A stretch of 64,000 nt of DNA. Origin: Chiloscyllium plagiosum. Lineage: Eukaryota. How positions within the stretch are numbered: position 1 is the stretch's first letter; each line of letters begins with the position of its first letter. Under the pieces are notes generated by a model. It saw only the letters and a list, made by a program, of their open reading frames with translations. It did not search any database and was not told the origin of the DNA. Positions 1 through 13,778 of the stretch are shown one piece after another. The translations under genes were made by a program, and so were the position numbers. The stretch is taken from the NCBI RefSeq assembly GCF_004010195.1, contig NC_057718.1:31295622-31359621 (forward strand), in the 5' to 3' direction.

Positions 1-7
1 TAAATTT

Positions 8-97
8 ATTCCTGATGAAGGGCTTTTGCCCGAAACGTCGATTTTGCCTGTCCTCGGATGCTGCCTGAATTGCTGTGCTCTTCCAGCACCACTACTG
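8..97 (+). mobile_element. Penelope-like element (PLE) terminal fragment, family A, with hammerhead motif
   Basis: attc-CTGATGA-A-GGGC-tttt-GCCC-GAAA-C-GTC followed by the ggatgctgcctga...ttccagcaccac tail. The same tail ends the GIY-YIG-encoding element at 11.6-12.75 kb. Confidence 0.8.
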
Positions 98-441
98 GAA
101 GGTTGCCCTACTGATACTAGGGCCTCCGTGCCTGGTGCCAGAAGAGGAATAAATTTCTTACCTCTCCTGCAAGACTTCTCAAAATGTTGGCACCCTCCAT
201 TTTTAATTGGATGCACCTCTTTCTGTAGTGCTACAGAGTTGCCAGCTCTCTGGGCCAGCAGTGAGGTTTTACTGGCCCAAGTGGATTCAGTATCGATGTT
301 TTGTCAAGACATACTCCCTGCTGGTAAAATTCCAATGATAGAAATGACAGTGCAGAAGCCAATCAGTCCATTGAACCAGTGCTAACATTTAATTGAACTA
401 TAATTCTATTTTCAAGGTTTCAGCATGTACTATATATACAT

Positions 442-1326
442 TGTGACCTGAGCTTAGGTCACATGCTGAGCGACATATGCAAATAATTGTAATGTAAGGT
501 TTATTTATATTAAAATTAATATAATTCACTTTAGAATTTGGAATTTGAACTAGTGGCATGTGGGCTTTGGTGTATGTATATAAGAGGATTTAATAATTAC
601 CTTACCAGTTTAAAACCAGCATGTGTGAGAAAGCAGTTCCTGGAGTGATATTAGGAATTTGATACATTTTAATGGTCTTATGATTCAAAACAGTAAACTT
701 TGAAAAGTATTAGCTTGCTTTCAGTTCGGGAGGTTCAGGAATTGATTTTGCTTGCTAAGGGGAAAAACCCTGAATTGGAAAGAGTTTGGTTTTAGTTTAA
801 AGAAGGCTTGGTTGAGGTTTAATGTAAGAACAGTTTCTCTTGGAGAAAAGAGTTAGTTCAGAACAGTTTGGAAATAGGTTACCCCAGTATAAAGGTATCA
901 ACATGAAAGGGTCAGACCAGGAACATCAATGGTTTATTTGAAGTTAAGCAAATGAAGTAATATGTTATCAAAATCTCAAGACCTGTTATTGAAAGAAACA
1001 TTTAAGTCAAACCTGTAGACATTATAGAGAATGGTATTCTGTCTGATATTTGAGTATTATAAAGCCATGATGTTGAAACAGATGGAATTTTTAAAGGTGT
1101 TTAAAAATCTTTAAAACTTGTGTTCTATGTTAATAGCTTGATTTGTTCCATTTTATCTACATTTATTTTGAGTAATAAATGTGGTTTTATTATTAAAACC
1201 AAATTTACTGCATTTCAGTTTTATTTAACTGAAAGACTACCATGTTAAAATAAGAAAAAATGTATAACCTTTTTTCAGTCTTGAGACTTGATTTGTCCAA
1301 TTGTAACCCCACTTGGGATCATGACA
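442..1326 (+). mobile_element. Probable solo LTR (Gypsy-like), decayed
   Basis: Begins TGTGAC and ends ATGACA, with AATAAA at 1174. Its 3' part loosely resembles 43.9-44.1 kb. No clear TSD. Confidence 0.45.
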
Positions 1327-1469
1327 TAATTAATATAGAGAGTCAAATTCTGACTTTGATAGCAACATTTGTTTACTCATCTACAATTTTCATTCAGCAA
1401 TGACTCAAATTTAGAATTCTATTCCTTGTTCTTAATTTCTTCTTTGGTCCCTTCCTTCCTTTCTGTATA

Positions 1470-2293
1470 CAGCGGAATCTCGATTATCCAAACGAGATGG
1501 GCGGGCACAATTTTGTTCGGATAATTGATTATTTGGTTAATTGATTCAACGCCTTTCCTCCGGGGCTCAGAGTTTTCTGTGAAGCCAGCTCCCCGTTCAG
1601 CAGCACACTGCGTGCAAGGCCCTGCTCCCCCCGCCAACTCCCTGCCCATCCCCAAACCCGCCCCCAACTGCCCCCCACCTCCAACCCGGTCCAGTCCCAC
1701 CCGTCCCTCATCCGCTCCCAACCCAGTCCGCTCCTACCCCCATCCAACACCGCCCTCCCGCCTGCCCCAAACTCCATAGCCCCAATCTGCTCCCCAAACC
1801 CTGTACTCCCGTCCATCCCCACCCATGTCCGACCCCCCATCCATAACACCCCCCCACCACCCTCTGGGGCAGCTGGACTGTACACCAATGGTAAGACTGC
1901 TGCTGTTGCTGCCTTTGTGGGGTAAGTCTCCAAATAGCTCACGCATGCATGTATATAATTTTATATATATACAAACACATACACAGTACAGGACAATGTC
2001 AGAGAGATTATCTGGGGAAGGGAGGATTTAGGGTTCACTCCTATGTAGAACTCCAGGGAAAGTGTGAGGGGGGACAGAGAGAGGACGGGAGGTCAGTCAT
2101 TTAGAGACATTGCCTGGACTGTTCAGGACTGTTCTCGGCAGCATTTCAGTGAGCCGAGTTTGTACCTGTAAACAAAAGACATGATCAGTGTTGAAACAGC
2201 TCTTTAACGTAATGTTTCTATCAGGACCTTGAGATCCCCTTTGATTAATCCGATATTCGGATAATTGATATTCGGATAATCTATGTTCCTCTG
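1470..2293. mobile_element. Tc1/mariner-Tigger-type MITE
   Basis: Imperfect TIRs CAGCGGAATCTCGATTATCC / GGATAATCTATGTTCCTCTG, TA on both sides, and a C-rich non-coding interior. Confidence 0.8.
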
Positions 2294-2550
2294 TAATCTC
2301 TCCCATAACTACAAGCTTCCAAACTCTCTGTAGTCTGCTAATCCAGCACATTCCCATTTTAATTGCCCCATCATTGGTGGTCAAGTCATCAGTTGCTCAG
2401 CTCTGGAATTTGGAATTCTTTCTCTAAGCCTCATTGCTTTTCTACATCCATCTCCTTCTTTTAGTCTTCCCTCCTTGATTTATCTTTCCTTAGTTGGCTT
2501 GGTGTCAAATTGTGCTTTATCAAGTGTCCTCTAAATGACTAAATTAAGAC

Positions 2551-2822
2551 AATAGAACGTACAACATTACAGTACAGTACAGGTCCTCTGGTCCTCGGTG
2601 TTGTGCTGGCCTTTTATCCTAATCTAAGATCAGACTCTTATTAGTACTCTTATTAGTACTCTTATTACATACTCTTATTAGTACTAACTTCCATGTGCCT
2701 ATCCAAGAGTCGCTTAAATGTCCCTAATGTACCAGTCTACTATCACTGCTGGCAGTGCATTCCACACATCCACCACTCTCTGAGTAAAGAACCTATCCCT
2801 GACATCTCCTCTATTTACCTTA
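2551..2822 (-). mobile_element. CR1/HER1-type LINE 3' end
   Basis: Reverse complement of the CR1 3' tail seen at 43.1-43.35 kb. Contains about 4 tandem copies of ACTCTTATTAGT at 2634-2685. Confidence 0.7.
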
Positions 2823-5800
2823 AAATTGTGCAATTAAGTGTGCAGATTAAATGCAAATTAGGATTGCTTAGAATATTGCTTCTGATTTCCTTAATATGAA
2901 GTTTTGGTTGGATTAAGAACTTGAATTTTTAAAGCTTTACATCCCTTTCAATATTCTAATAATCTGTAAATTTTCCTGAACCAAAACACATTTGTTCTGT
3001 TGCGCAGTTATCTTGCATGTTATGTAGATGCCATGGCTAAATATAAAGCTTGCTTTTAATTAGAGACATCTTCTCCTCTTCTCATATTATTTTACACCAT
3101 CCAATCATGTGGATTACTATCTATTAGGCTACATATATTGCCAATGAAAACTGTTTTTTGCTTATAAAATTATTCATTGGTGTAACTTTACAAAGTTGCT
3201 AGTTGTTGGAACCTTTTATGTACCAAAGACCTAACAAATACTTCCTCAGTTGCATGATGATTTTCATTCTGTCAGACATTGCATTTTTCTTTTCTCGCGA
3301 TATTAGATACCTTTAAATGTTCATCCCATTTATTTACATCAATTGCAAGTGGTTCAGTCGTATGAGTACAAGAACGATTTAGCACATTGTTCACTTATAG
3401 TTCATGAGGAAAAGTTGGATAGTCTTAATTTATGAACATTTGTGTGATCCAAAGCTCTTCCACCCCTGAGGCTCTTTTCCTCTGTCTGAACTTGGCAGGA
3501 TAACCACTGCAGTTTTCACCAAAAATGCAGGTGTAAAAATTGCTCTAAAGAGCAGGTTGAAACTTGGAACACCTGGCTGTTAAAGGGTGGATAAATCACC
3601 AAGTTTACCATCCTATCCCCATGATATCTGCCAGACAATTGAATTTGAATTGTACCCTGTGTCTCAGTTATCAAAAGAGGAGGAAACACTTAATTGAAAT
3701 CTTACGATTTGAAAAAAAGCTTTGGATATATATTCCTTAAGTTACTATCCACAAGAATCAGTAAGTGTGCTTCGAAGACAATACTTCCTTACAGACATAC
3801 AATTATATCCACTCATTTGATGGAAGAAGAAAATTCATTTATAGGTTTTTTTTTCATTCTTACCCAATTATTGATGTTGCACATTTTGGAACTTTCAAAT
3901 CATAAATTCAAGAATTTGGATTCTATGGAGTGATATTCTCAGATATATTACGTAAACTTAACAATGCTCCTCTAATGTCAAAACTATGCTAGAAGAAGGT
4001 ATACATGCAGCTAAGCTTCACCTTGTGATAGCTTAGACACAGAAGTCATGTTTTCTAGTTAGACAAAACTTGGTCAAACATAATTCACAGAGCAGTTATT
4101 TGATGTCAGCTCTGTTATTCCAATTGATATTCTACATAGAACCATTTAAAACAAAATTCTTTATCATGAATTTAAATAGTAAAAAGATAGAAGGAAATGA
4201 TAGCCAAGAAATATTACCTCATCCCATCCTAAGTGCATAAAACAGATGCAAAGAGAACTACTTTTGAGGAATAATTCCTGCTTTTCGAGGACTCTTGAAA
4301 GATGCTTTCAGTTGAGGATTGAATATTCATCACTTTGCAAGTTGCACAATTTAGGTATGAGAAAAATTGGAAACAATTTAATGAAACCTGGAAATGGTAC
4401 TGTTACTCGATACAAGGTAGATTTTTGAGGTGGGCAGATTTCCAGTACAAGCTTAAAACTTTGGTATTAAGTTCCCTACATTGATAGACAAACAGCAAAT
4501 AAAGCATTTAGATTTAGTACTGTTTTATTTTCAAAGTAGACATTTTAATTATAAGTCTTGGACACTTTGACAGACCTAAGGCGATTATAACTTGACATCT
4601 GTCCTTTATGAGGCAAGCTATGATAATGGGAGGTCTGGAAAGCAAAATAGAGAAATAGAGGTGTAGAGAATATCTAAGGAACAGGCTTAAATATTGAAAC
4701 TTCAACTAATAGAGGAGCCATATCCATGAATATTTTGTAATTCAGTGAAGCAGTTGATGAGGGTTATTATCAAATAATAAGAAGGCAACCTTTCAAACTA
4801 ATTTCAATTAAATTAGTCACTAAGTGAAGAAGTGCATTCACCAGAACTTGGCAAAATCAATGCAGTTGAATCAGGCTTTATTACTGGCCTCCTGTCGTCC
4901 CAGAACAACAGGCAGGAGATGAGTGCACTTTCCTGATCAGAAATGCACTCCCCATATGTGACATAAGAATAAACAGAGACTGTGGAAGAATATGCAACTA
5001 GGGAGGCTAATACCAACCACATTTCAGCTGCAATTTTGACTCGTGAGCACTGTTCACCTCAGGAAAAAAAACCTAACTTCAGGTTCCAGGTAAGTAAAAA
5101 GATAAATAGCACAACAACAATGACTTCTGATCCCAAGATCCCTGATGACTGACGTCATGACTCTGACCCCATTCCTCAACACCCCCACCTCAACTGTGAT
5201 CCTGATCTCTAAATCAACCAAACCTCAATTGCATCCAATATCCACCCCACAATCAACCACTGCCTCCCATTTGAGGTTTATTTTCCAGACCCATGATGTC
5301 CATGATTTCCAATTGCTATATCCCCAGAGCATCTGATTTGCCTCCTGACGTGCACAATATGATTTGATGAGTGAATGCGCTGCCTCCGAGCACAATATCA
5401 TCTTCATTATTATTGGATTGGAAGCCTGAACTATGGGATTTCTTGAGTTTGTTCACTTGGCACTAACAGTAGACGTGGTTGGGGGCCACCCAGAATGGCC
5501 TGCTAGTGAAAGTAAACCCATGCATCTGCACCATTTGATAGAAAATTTACGGTTGAAATGCCCAAAATCTTGGATGTAGTTGACCAAATACTCCAAAGAT
5601 AATGGAATACATAACAAAACAACACATTCATCCAAAATGCATTGAGTGCAAAAACCTGTAATCTATCTGCAATGTATGTGGAGCATCTTAAATGTGAATT
5701 CATATTATCAGTCTTCAATGTAAGAATCCTCACCTTCAGCTTTTCTTTTTAAGAATTGAAACTCGAGGTCCATTACTGAGAAATCTGGGCCAGGACTTAA

Positions 5801-7949
5801 AAAAAAGTGCACTTACCTGTTGCTTGTCTGATACTATCCAAACACAGGTACAAATAAGCATATGTTTTCAGCTTGGGAAATTCTACTTTGACAGATTTCC
5901 AGCAGGAAATGAGTGTGGCTGGCATCCACACCAGCAAATTTCCTGAAGTTAGCCTCATAATATTTTTGGCAGACTTCTGGTAGGATTCCCACCCACCTCA
6001 CAGAGCCTACATCTGTGAAATGATTACCCAAACTTAGGGGTGGAGTATGGCTGTTGCATCAGCTGCAGCAGTGAAGTGTGAGCAGCTGCAGCTAGGTAAT
6101 GCTGAACGGATAATGACAGATAATATGTTGTATGACATCAGCTAGCCATTAGTGTCCGTTTGATGATGCTCACTCACGTTTTGGTCGATGTATTTAATAG
6201 CTGACATTACCTATGCTGGAAAATCCCAGAAGTGATGGAAACTAGTGGGGAGACAGCAGAAAAAGATCTGCTTGATCTTCCACCTTCCACTTCAAATATA
6301 CCTGAAATCAGGCGAAATAGAGGAGAGGGCTTGCTGTCAGTGTTCTTAAAAGGTGAACTTATTGATTTTGTTACTTAAGCTGTGGCTTTAAAATACGAGA
6401 CAAACAAAATAAAAATTAAACCATGCTGATGTAACAATTTATGAAAACAAAGTTTGAGCAGTATGTGAAACTCAAAAGAAATATCAGATTGAGTTGCTAA
6501 CTTGAACTCAATATCAGTTACTTTTCATTCTTTATCATAAATAGTGTCAAATGCTAGGCTTCATAACTTACTGTAAATAAGTCACTGAGTAATTCCTACC
6601 TCATAATTCAAATATATACGTCATTTCTTGAGGTCTTATTCTACAATTTTTCATTTGATAAGACATCACACAGTGTAAAATGTTAATGTTACATACTGGC
6701 TGATTTTGCTGTAGCTTCATTTTAGAGATGGAAAAGAAAAATTGCTGACTTTATTCAGTGGCAACAAAGCCGAGTAGAAGGCTGTTGGGCACTCCCTCAT
6801 GCTTAGTTGTTGAAATGTGATGAGGTCACATTACAGCTGATGAATTGGGGAGAAACTACTTGGCTTGCATGCAAATTGGGATCAGAAGAAAATAGCAAAC
6901 AAAAGTTTCATCTTTTGTAATGGTGTCATTAATCATTCAAGATAAATATTGTTGGAAAGGTTAAATGGGTGTTGAAAATGAAGCACATAAAAGATGTTTT
7001 ATGATAAATTGAAAGCCTCCAAACATTAGAGAAGTTTTAATTTTAAAAGAAACCCAACTAATGCAGCCACTTGTTACAAAGTTTACATTTATTTAGTTGT
7101 GGTATACATTTAGCTTATTTTAAAAATGTTCATTTCTACCTTAGCCATTACACAATGAGTACTCTAAATTTAAACATTGTGAGAATTCCATGGAATGGAC
7201 AAAATATGAAAATATATCAGCATACAGCATGGTCTGGCATTTACTGTGGTTTATCTCTTCAGCAGTAGGTTAGTTACAAACAAATTATGATTTGCACTAT
7301 GATTTTTAAAAAAGGGAACAAAAAATGAAAAGAAACAGGGAGGCAGATTTTCTATTACGTTATAGATCACAAACCAATTTTAGGCACAGGAGTTCTTTCC
7401 TGTTAGTGAAGGCCACACATGGACAATTATGTATCTTTGTGTCACCAAAACTTGAATTTGAAGATTTGTGTATTTCTTTTAATTATTTCTGTGTTTAAGT
7501 GAAGTCATTATAAAATACAAAGCTTCATTCTGATTCCAAAATATACCTCCAGTTTATAGTCTGGCACTTGTTAAACCATGTTACTTACCCACGGCAGCAC
7601 TGGGAGTATCAGTAACACAGAGACTGCCCTTTAAAAGCAAGACTGACCTAAATCTTACAGCTATGCCTGTCACAGAAAAAAAAACACTAGTCCAGTCAGA
7701 TATCAGCTTATGCTGTGTGCTTGACTATTCCTTTTAACGTTTTTCTTTTGCATTGTGTGCAAAAGTATGGACATAAGTTTGAAGAGATTCTAATTGATAT
7801 GATTTCCATAAACTACATTCAAATATAATTAAACTGTAAGTTCTTGACAAGTTTTAGAAGTTGAAATTAAGTATTTATCAGAGAAATATTCCATTTAGAT
7901 TTGATTCATTGATATATAGATTGAAATATATTAAGAACAAAATGCATAT

Positions 7950-8340
7950 TTACAAAAAAGCGACTTACATTTTAAAGTGCCTTTCATAACCTCTGATATC
8001 CAAAAGTGCTTTACACCCAATTTGAAATGCAATTACTGTTGTACTTTAGGCAATGGAGCAGTCAATTTGTACACAGAAAGCTTCCATAAACATCAGTGTA
8101 ATAATGACAAGGTAACCTGTTTTTTATGATGTTGACTGAGGGATAACTATTGTTCAGGACATAGGAAAACTAGTTGTACACTGCAATGGGATAATTTATG
8201 TTCACTTGAGACAGGAGACTGGTCTTAATTTTGAATGTCTAATTTGAAGGATAGCATCTTCTGTGTAAAACTCCAAAGTCCTGTACTTAAGTATCAGCCC
8301 AACTCTCTGTTTCAATTTGGATTCAAGCTAGTAGGTGAGC
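7950..8340 (-). mobile_element. Old DeuSINE-like (SacSINE1/AmnSINE-type) element
   Basis: Decayed match to recalled Deu-domain and tail motifs (tgatgttgactgagggataa...caggaca; aaagtgctttaca; gcagtcaatttgtacacag). Confidence 0.6.
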
Positions 8341-10219
8341 CAAAAATCTAAGACACCTTTCTTTGTGGATAGAGTCTATCACCTGCTCAATCTTATGTTT
8401 TGTTTGCTAATCAACCTGTTCAGAGATGTTATTTCACACATATGGAACTTGCATCTCCCACCTCAGGGATAGGGATGTTTACCAGTGCACCACAACAGCC
8501 TTCCTACCCAGATCCTAAATTAATCACCTGCTCATCTACTTGCCATCTTAATATATTCCATTCATTTTTTTCAAATAAAACTTTTGAAAATATGCTATCT
8601 TTGAACAAAACTAATTCTAATTCAGCCACTGTTGGATCTCCGGAAACAGAGCAGGACCCCAGAGGGTTAGCAGTTTGCATTGAATCCTCCATCTCTGTGT
8701 CCTAGTTATTGGATGGAAAGAAGCCTACACTTTGCCTACAAGAAGAAAAGCTTCTGGACTAGCTAATAAAAAAACTATTATTGGACACTGCTGTCCTAGA
8801 AGCTGTAAGCATGTAAGCTGATTTTAATACTTCTGGATATAATTTCAATTTATAGTCTATTTCCTGATCTATCCTGTTTTCCTTAATTTCATGAGTGCTT
8901 GTTTGTCTTACAGTTCACACATATTTTGATTGTTTTGTTAATAAATTACCTTTGATTTTATCTGAATGGATTTTCCTGTAGATTTATTTCAAAAATTGGA
9001 ATCCAAAAAGTAAGACTTGGGAAACATGCTTCATCTACCTCAGTAAGGGATCGGGATAAAAAGGAAAAGAAATAAATCAAAAAATAAAACCTCACTGTTT
9101 TGAGCTTAAAAGGAGAATAGAAATCATAATTTTAGTTCGCCCAATTTCCCCTTTCTATTTTGACATTGGCAAGATTAATCTTCACCCTTTTGTCATCAAA
9201 ATCCTTTGTTAAATGCACCTTTTCCCAAAAGGAATGGTTACAACATAACACTAAGTGAAAGCTTTTCTGAGATTGCCCTTTATTTTAGGATTTCCTTGAG
9301 AGCACTGGATAAGTAAACATCAGTATCTATTGCTTATAGCACTGATGTTTCAGTAGCTAAGGTGCTTTTAATGACCCTTTTCATTTTTGTAGCTTCCCAA
9401 ACAAAAGGACAACATTATTTTTTCCCACCAAGTAAATGATAAACTGCTGTTCTCAAATACCAGAAGATTGGTATTTGAACCATGATAAAAAAGGATGACT
9501 TATATATGTCTTTGTTAATCTAAGTCTGAAAATTTGATTGTGCATTTTTCTGAATTTAATTTCTTTAATATTTTATTTTCAAGACTTCATCAACAGGACA
9601 GATTTCATTATAGAACTCAGTTCTAACACATCATAACTGGCATCGGTTTTGGTTTAAGCACACAACCAGTTTAACTGTACAATCAAATTTCTAAACTGGT
9701 CTGTTTCTTCCCTGGATGTAGAACTATCTTTCTTTGAGGACCTGGCCCAATTTATTGGGATGTAATTAATACTTTCCAAGGACGACTGTTGATCTAAAGT
9801 CACTTCTGACTTACTCTGTTCAATCTTGAAGTAAATAGCTAACCCCCATCTCAAACAGCACAATATTAATCAAATAAGGTCAAAGGTGGATGAGGCCTGA
9901 CTTCAACCCTTAAGTTTTCATCTTATCTATCACACATCACTCAAATTCTGCAGCAACTCCACATCTTTGTGATACCAGTAGAATATTGCTGAATCTGCTC
10001 TAGGCTGAATGCAATCTACTTTCAACAAGACAGACCTAATTGGGAAATACCAAACCTTTGCTGCATCATTCAACCCATAAACACAATTGTTTAATTTCCA
10101 TAACTTCCCCTCCATATCACTTGCTTCTTTAGGTGGTTTTAAAAACCCTTCCCTTTGAAATGTTTCACCCTTCATAGATGCAGATTTTTTTATCAGTTAA
10201 CTTTCATTCCTAGGGTTTT

Positions 10220-10536
10220 TTTTAGTACATTCACTCGATGTAGGTATTACCCACCCCTAATGTCTCAGAGGGTAGTTAAGAGTCAACCACATTGCTGTGG
10301 GTCTTGGGGTCACATGGAGGCCAGATCAGGTAAGAATGACAGATTTTCTTCTCTAAAAGACATCAGTAAGCCAAATGGGTGTTTTCAGGCAATTGACAAT
10401 GATTTCATGGTCTCCATTAAATCCTTAATTCCAAATGTTTTTATTAAATTCAATTTCCACAATCTACTAAGGTTGGATTTGAACCTGGATATTTGAATTA
10501 ATGATTTAGCACTAATAACACAAGGCTGTTGCCTCC
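10220..10536 (-). mobile_element. SINE inserted in the Copia RT region
   Basis: Homologous to 44262-44598 (gttaagagtcaaccacattgctgtgggtc...ggccaga). Its 3' end resembles the tail of the LINE at 22.9 kb. Confidence 0.65.
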
Positions 10537-11577
10537 CCAGTAAACTAAGAAATTTTTTGAAATCCCAAACCTCTAGTCTGGCTTTAGCTTTATGTATCCC
10601 ACTGGAGAGAGCTGTTTTCCTGAGTATATCCATTTGCAAGGTAAGGCTGACTTTTCCCTATGTGGACCTCAAAAGTATAGATACTTTCTAAATAACCTGT
10701 TCAGAAATGTCATTATTCACCTCCAGAGCCGGTGGTACTTGAACAGAGACCTTCTGTTCACTACCATTGTGCCAAATTCTTTACAGCAGTCCAATTGTTT
10801 TTGTTTGACATCCTTTTTGAACATTAACTACCTTAGCCATAAAGACTTCCATTTTTTACAGTCTTTGTTTATGTCAAACAGCAACCTCTACTTGCCATTC
10901 TATTTTGCTCTGGTCTCCTAGCCCCCAGCTCCCAAGAACCCATGAACTGAATTCCTTCTTCAAGTTCACCACCTTTTGCTGGGATCATGGTTATTTTCAG
11001 GTCCACCTTTAGAATTGGTACTGTGTTTTGTGGCCTTCCATATTTTTACCTAATTTTTCCAGTTCATGAATCTTACTTCCTGTCCCTCATCTGGCAGATT
11101 TTTCCAATGCTTTATTTGCTGGTGGCTTTCTCTGTTCTGCTTTAGGTTGGGCATTCAAGTACTTTGAAAAAGTAAAGTTAATTGTAGTGCCTTTTCAATT
11201 TGGGAGATAATCATTCTCAACAGAAGGGATTTTTGAATTTATCTCAAAAAACTAAATGATACGGAATGTAGCTGTCAACCATTTGCAGTGAGTTCTTTCC
11301 ATCAAGGACCCACATAAATTTAAACATGACTGTTCCACTAGGATTTTAAAAAGCATCTCATTGATTACCAAGTGATTTCTTTCACACAAACCATTTATCA
11401 ACAGACTTTCTGCTGCTGTGTTCATTGCCACTATGTTCATATTTTCCCAATATTCCTAGATTTATCATTGGTAAATATCCCCCATAATATCAGTTACCAA
11501 TTTAGCTAGTGCTCACAGTCCAATCCCTGTTCATTTCTCCAATACCTTGTCCACTATTACTCTTTATTATTGTAGAC

Positions 11578-12750
11578 TGTGGACTATACCTCCTCCCACC
11601 CTACCTCCTCTAAAAACACTATCCTTTATTCCCAAGTCCTCCGCCTCCACCGCATCTGCTTGCAGGAGGACCAATACAGAACATACCAGATGGCCTCCTT
11701 TTTCAAAGACCACAATTTGCTTTCCCACGTGGTCAATGATGCCTTCCAGTGCATCTCATCCACTCCCCGCAACTCTGCCCTCGAATCCCACCCCTCCAAC
11801 CACAACAAGGACAGAACCCCGCCTCGGTCTTCACCTTCCACCCCACCAGTTCTGGCTACAATGCACCATTCTCTGCCACTTCTGCCACCAACAAACAGAC
11901 CCAACTACCAGGGATATATTTCACTCACCACCCCTATCTGCATTCTGTAAAGACCATTCCCTCTGTGACTCCCTTGTTAGGTCTACGCCTCCCCATCAAC
12001 CCACCCTCCCCTCCCGGCACCTTTCCATGCCACCGCAAGAATTGCAAAACTTGTGCCCAAACCTCCCCCTTTACCTCCATCCAATGCTCCAAAGGAGCCC
12101 GCCACATCCATCAGAGATTTACCTGCGCTCCCATACAGGTCATCTACTGTATCCATTGCTCCCGATGTGATCTCCTCTACATTGAGGAAACACGACGCCT
12201 ACTTGCGGAACCTTTCAGAGAACATCTCCGGGACACACACACGAAACAACCCATCGCCCTGTAGCCAAATATTTTAACTCCCCCTCCCACCCCGCCAAGG
12301 ACATGCAGTTACTGGACCTCATCCACCGCCAAAACCTTACCATCTGATGCCCGGAGGAAGAACGCCTCATCTTCCGCCTTGGGACCTTCCAACCACAAGG
12401 GATCAACGTGGATTTCACCAGTTTCCTTATTTCCCCTCCCCACATCTTATCCCAGATCCAATCTTCAAACTCGACACTGCCCTCTTGACCTGTCCTACCT
12501 AACCATCTTCCTTCCCACCTATCCACTCCACCCTCCTCTCTGACCTATCACCTTCACCCCTACTTCATCTACCTATTGCATTCTCAGCCACCTTCCCCTG
12601 AGCCCCACACCTCTCCCATTTATCTGTCAGCCACCTTGGGCCACCACCTCATTGCTGATGAAGAGTTGATGCTCAAAACATCAATTCTCCTGCTCCTCAG
12701 ATGCTGCCTGACTGGCTGTGCTTCTCCAGAACCACACTCTTCCACTCTGA
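11578..12750 (+). mobile_element. Penelope-like retroelement (Neptune-like, family A), 5'-truncated, frameshifted
   Basis: RT thumb remnant (DYTSSHP...K..I.YSQ.LRLHRIC), Cys motif PCHRKNCKTC and GIY-YIG region VIYCIHCSRCDLLYIEETRR...FREH. Degenerate hammerhead at about 12651-12686. Confidence 0.9.
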
Positions 12751-12969
12751 CAAAACCTGGTTGTCATGTCTTTGAGGTGCATTGGGATCTTGTTCTTGTC
12801 CTATCTTTAAAGTACAAACTGCTTGTTAATGGGCCACTCACTATGGGCTGTGATGGTGTCCTGCTGTATTTTTTACAGCTATTCATTTGCTAACCTGTCC
12901 AATAAATTCAGTGTTGTAATCATCTCTTAATCCCTCATCCTTTAGTAGGATTTTTAACCAGTGAGAAGA

Positions 12970-13255
12970 TGCCTCACAGTGCCAGAAACCCAGGTTCAAT
13001 TCCCACCTCGGGCAACTGTCTGTGTGGAGTTTGCACATTCTCCCCGTGTCTGCATGGGTTTCCTCCGGGTGCTCCGGTTTCCTCCCACCGTCCAAAGATG
13101 TGCAGGTTAGGTGAATTGGCCATGCTAAATTGCCCATAGTGTTAGGTGAAGGGGTAAATATAGGGGAATGGGTCTGGGTGGTTTGCTCTTCAGAGGGGCA
13201 GTGTGGACTTGTTGGGCTGAAGGACCTGTTTTCACACTGTAAGTAATCTAATCTA
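12970..13255 (+). mobile_element. HE1-type V-SINE, 5'-truncated
   Basis: B-box ggttcaattccc, V-domain tgtgtggagtttgcacattctcccc, CR1-like tail ending taatctaatcta. Confidence 0.9.
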
Positions 13256-13650
13256 TGCTGCTGATGTGGTCTTCAGATAATGAGTTTTTTTTCTTTAAAC
13301 TCTAATTTACTGATGTCAATAGCATCTGCTGAATATTTTGATTAAGCAATAATGCTCTGATTGTGTAAAGTGACTTCCTGAAAGTGACTGCCTAATTGTG
13401 TTCCATGTTTAGTTTCTTTTTTTTTCAGATGTGGGTTGCTCAACAGTAAAGGTTTTTCACATTTCACCACATCTGTGCTTATGAAGTGGTTTAAGCCAGT
13501 TAACTTAAAGGGTATCACCACACTTCTTAATGATTTCAGCATATCCACAAACCTGAAGCAGGTAGAACTTGCAAATTCATTAACTTTACTTTTGGTCATT
13601 ATTATTTGAATCATGGCTTTCCCAAAATGGTGGTCTAGCTCTGAGGAAAC

Positions 13651-13778
13651 ATTCCTGATGAAGGGCTTTTGCCTGAAACGTTGATTTTCCTGCTGTTGGC
13701 TGCTGCCTGACCTGCTGTGCTTTTCCAGCACTACTCTAATCTTGAATCTAATCTCCAGCATCTGCAGTACCCACTTCA
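13651..13778 (+). mobile_element. PLE family A terminal fragment with hammerhead motif
   Basis: attc-CTGATGA-A-GGGC-tttt-GCCT-GAAA-C-GTT plus the family tail ...ctccagcatctgcagt. Confidence 0.8.

Noticed and set aside
1419..2031. Pro-rich and Gly-rich ORFs
   Set aside because: They are low-complexity C-rich sequence inside a MITE.
2634..2685. ACTCTTATTAGT tandem repeat
   Set aside because: It is a local slippage duplication inside a LINE tail.
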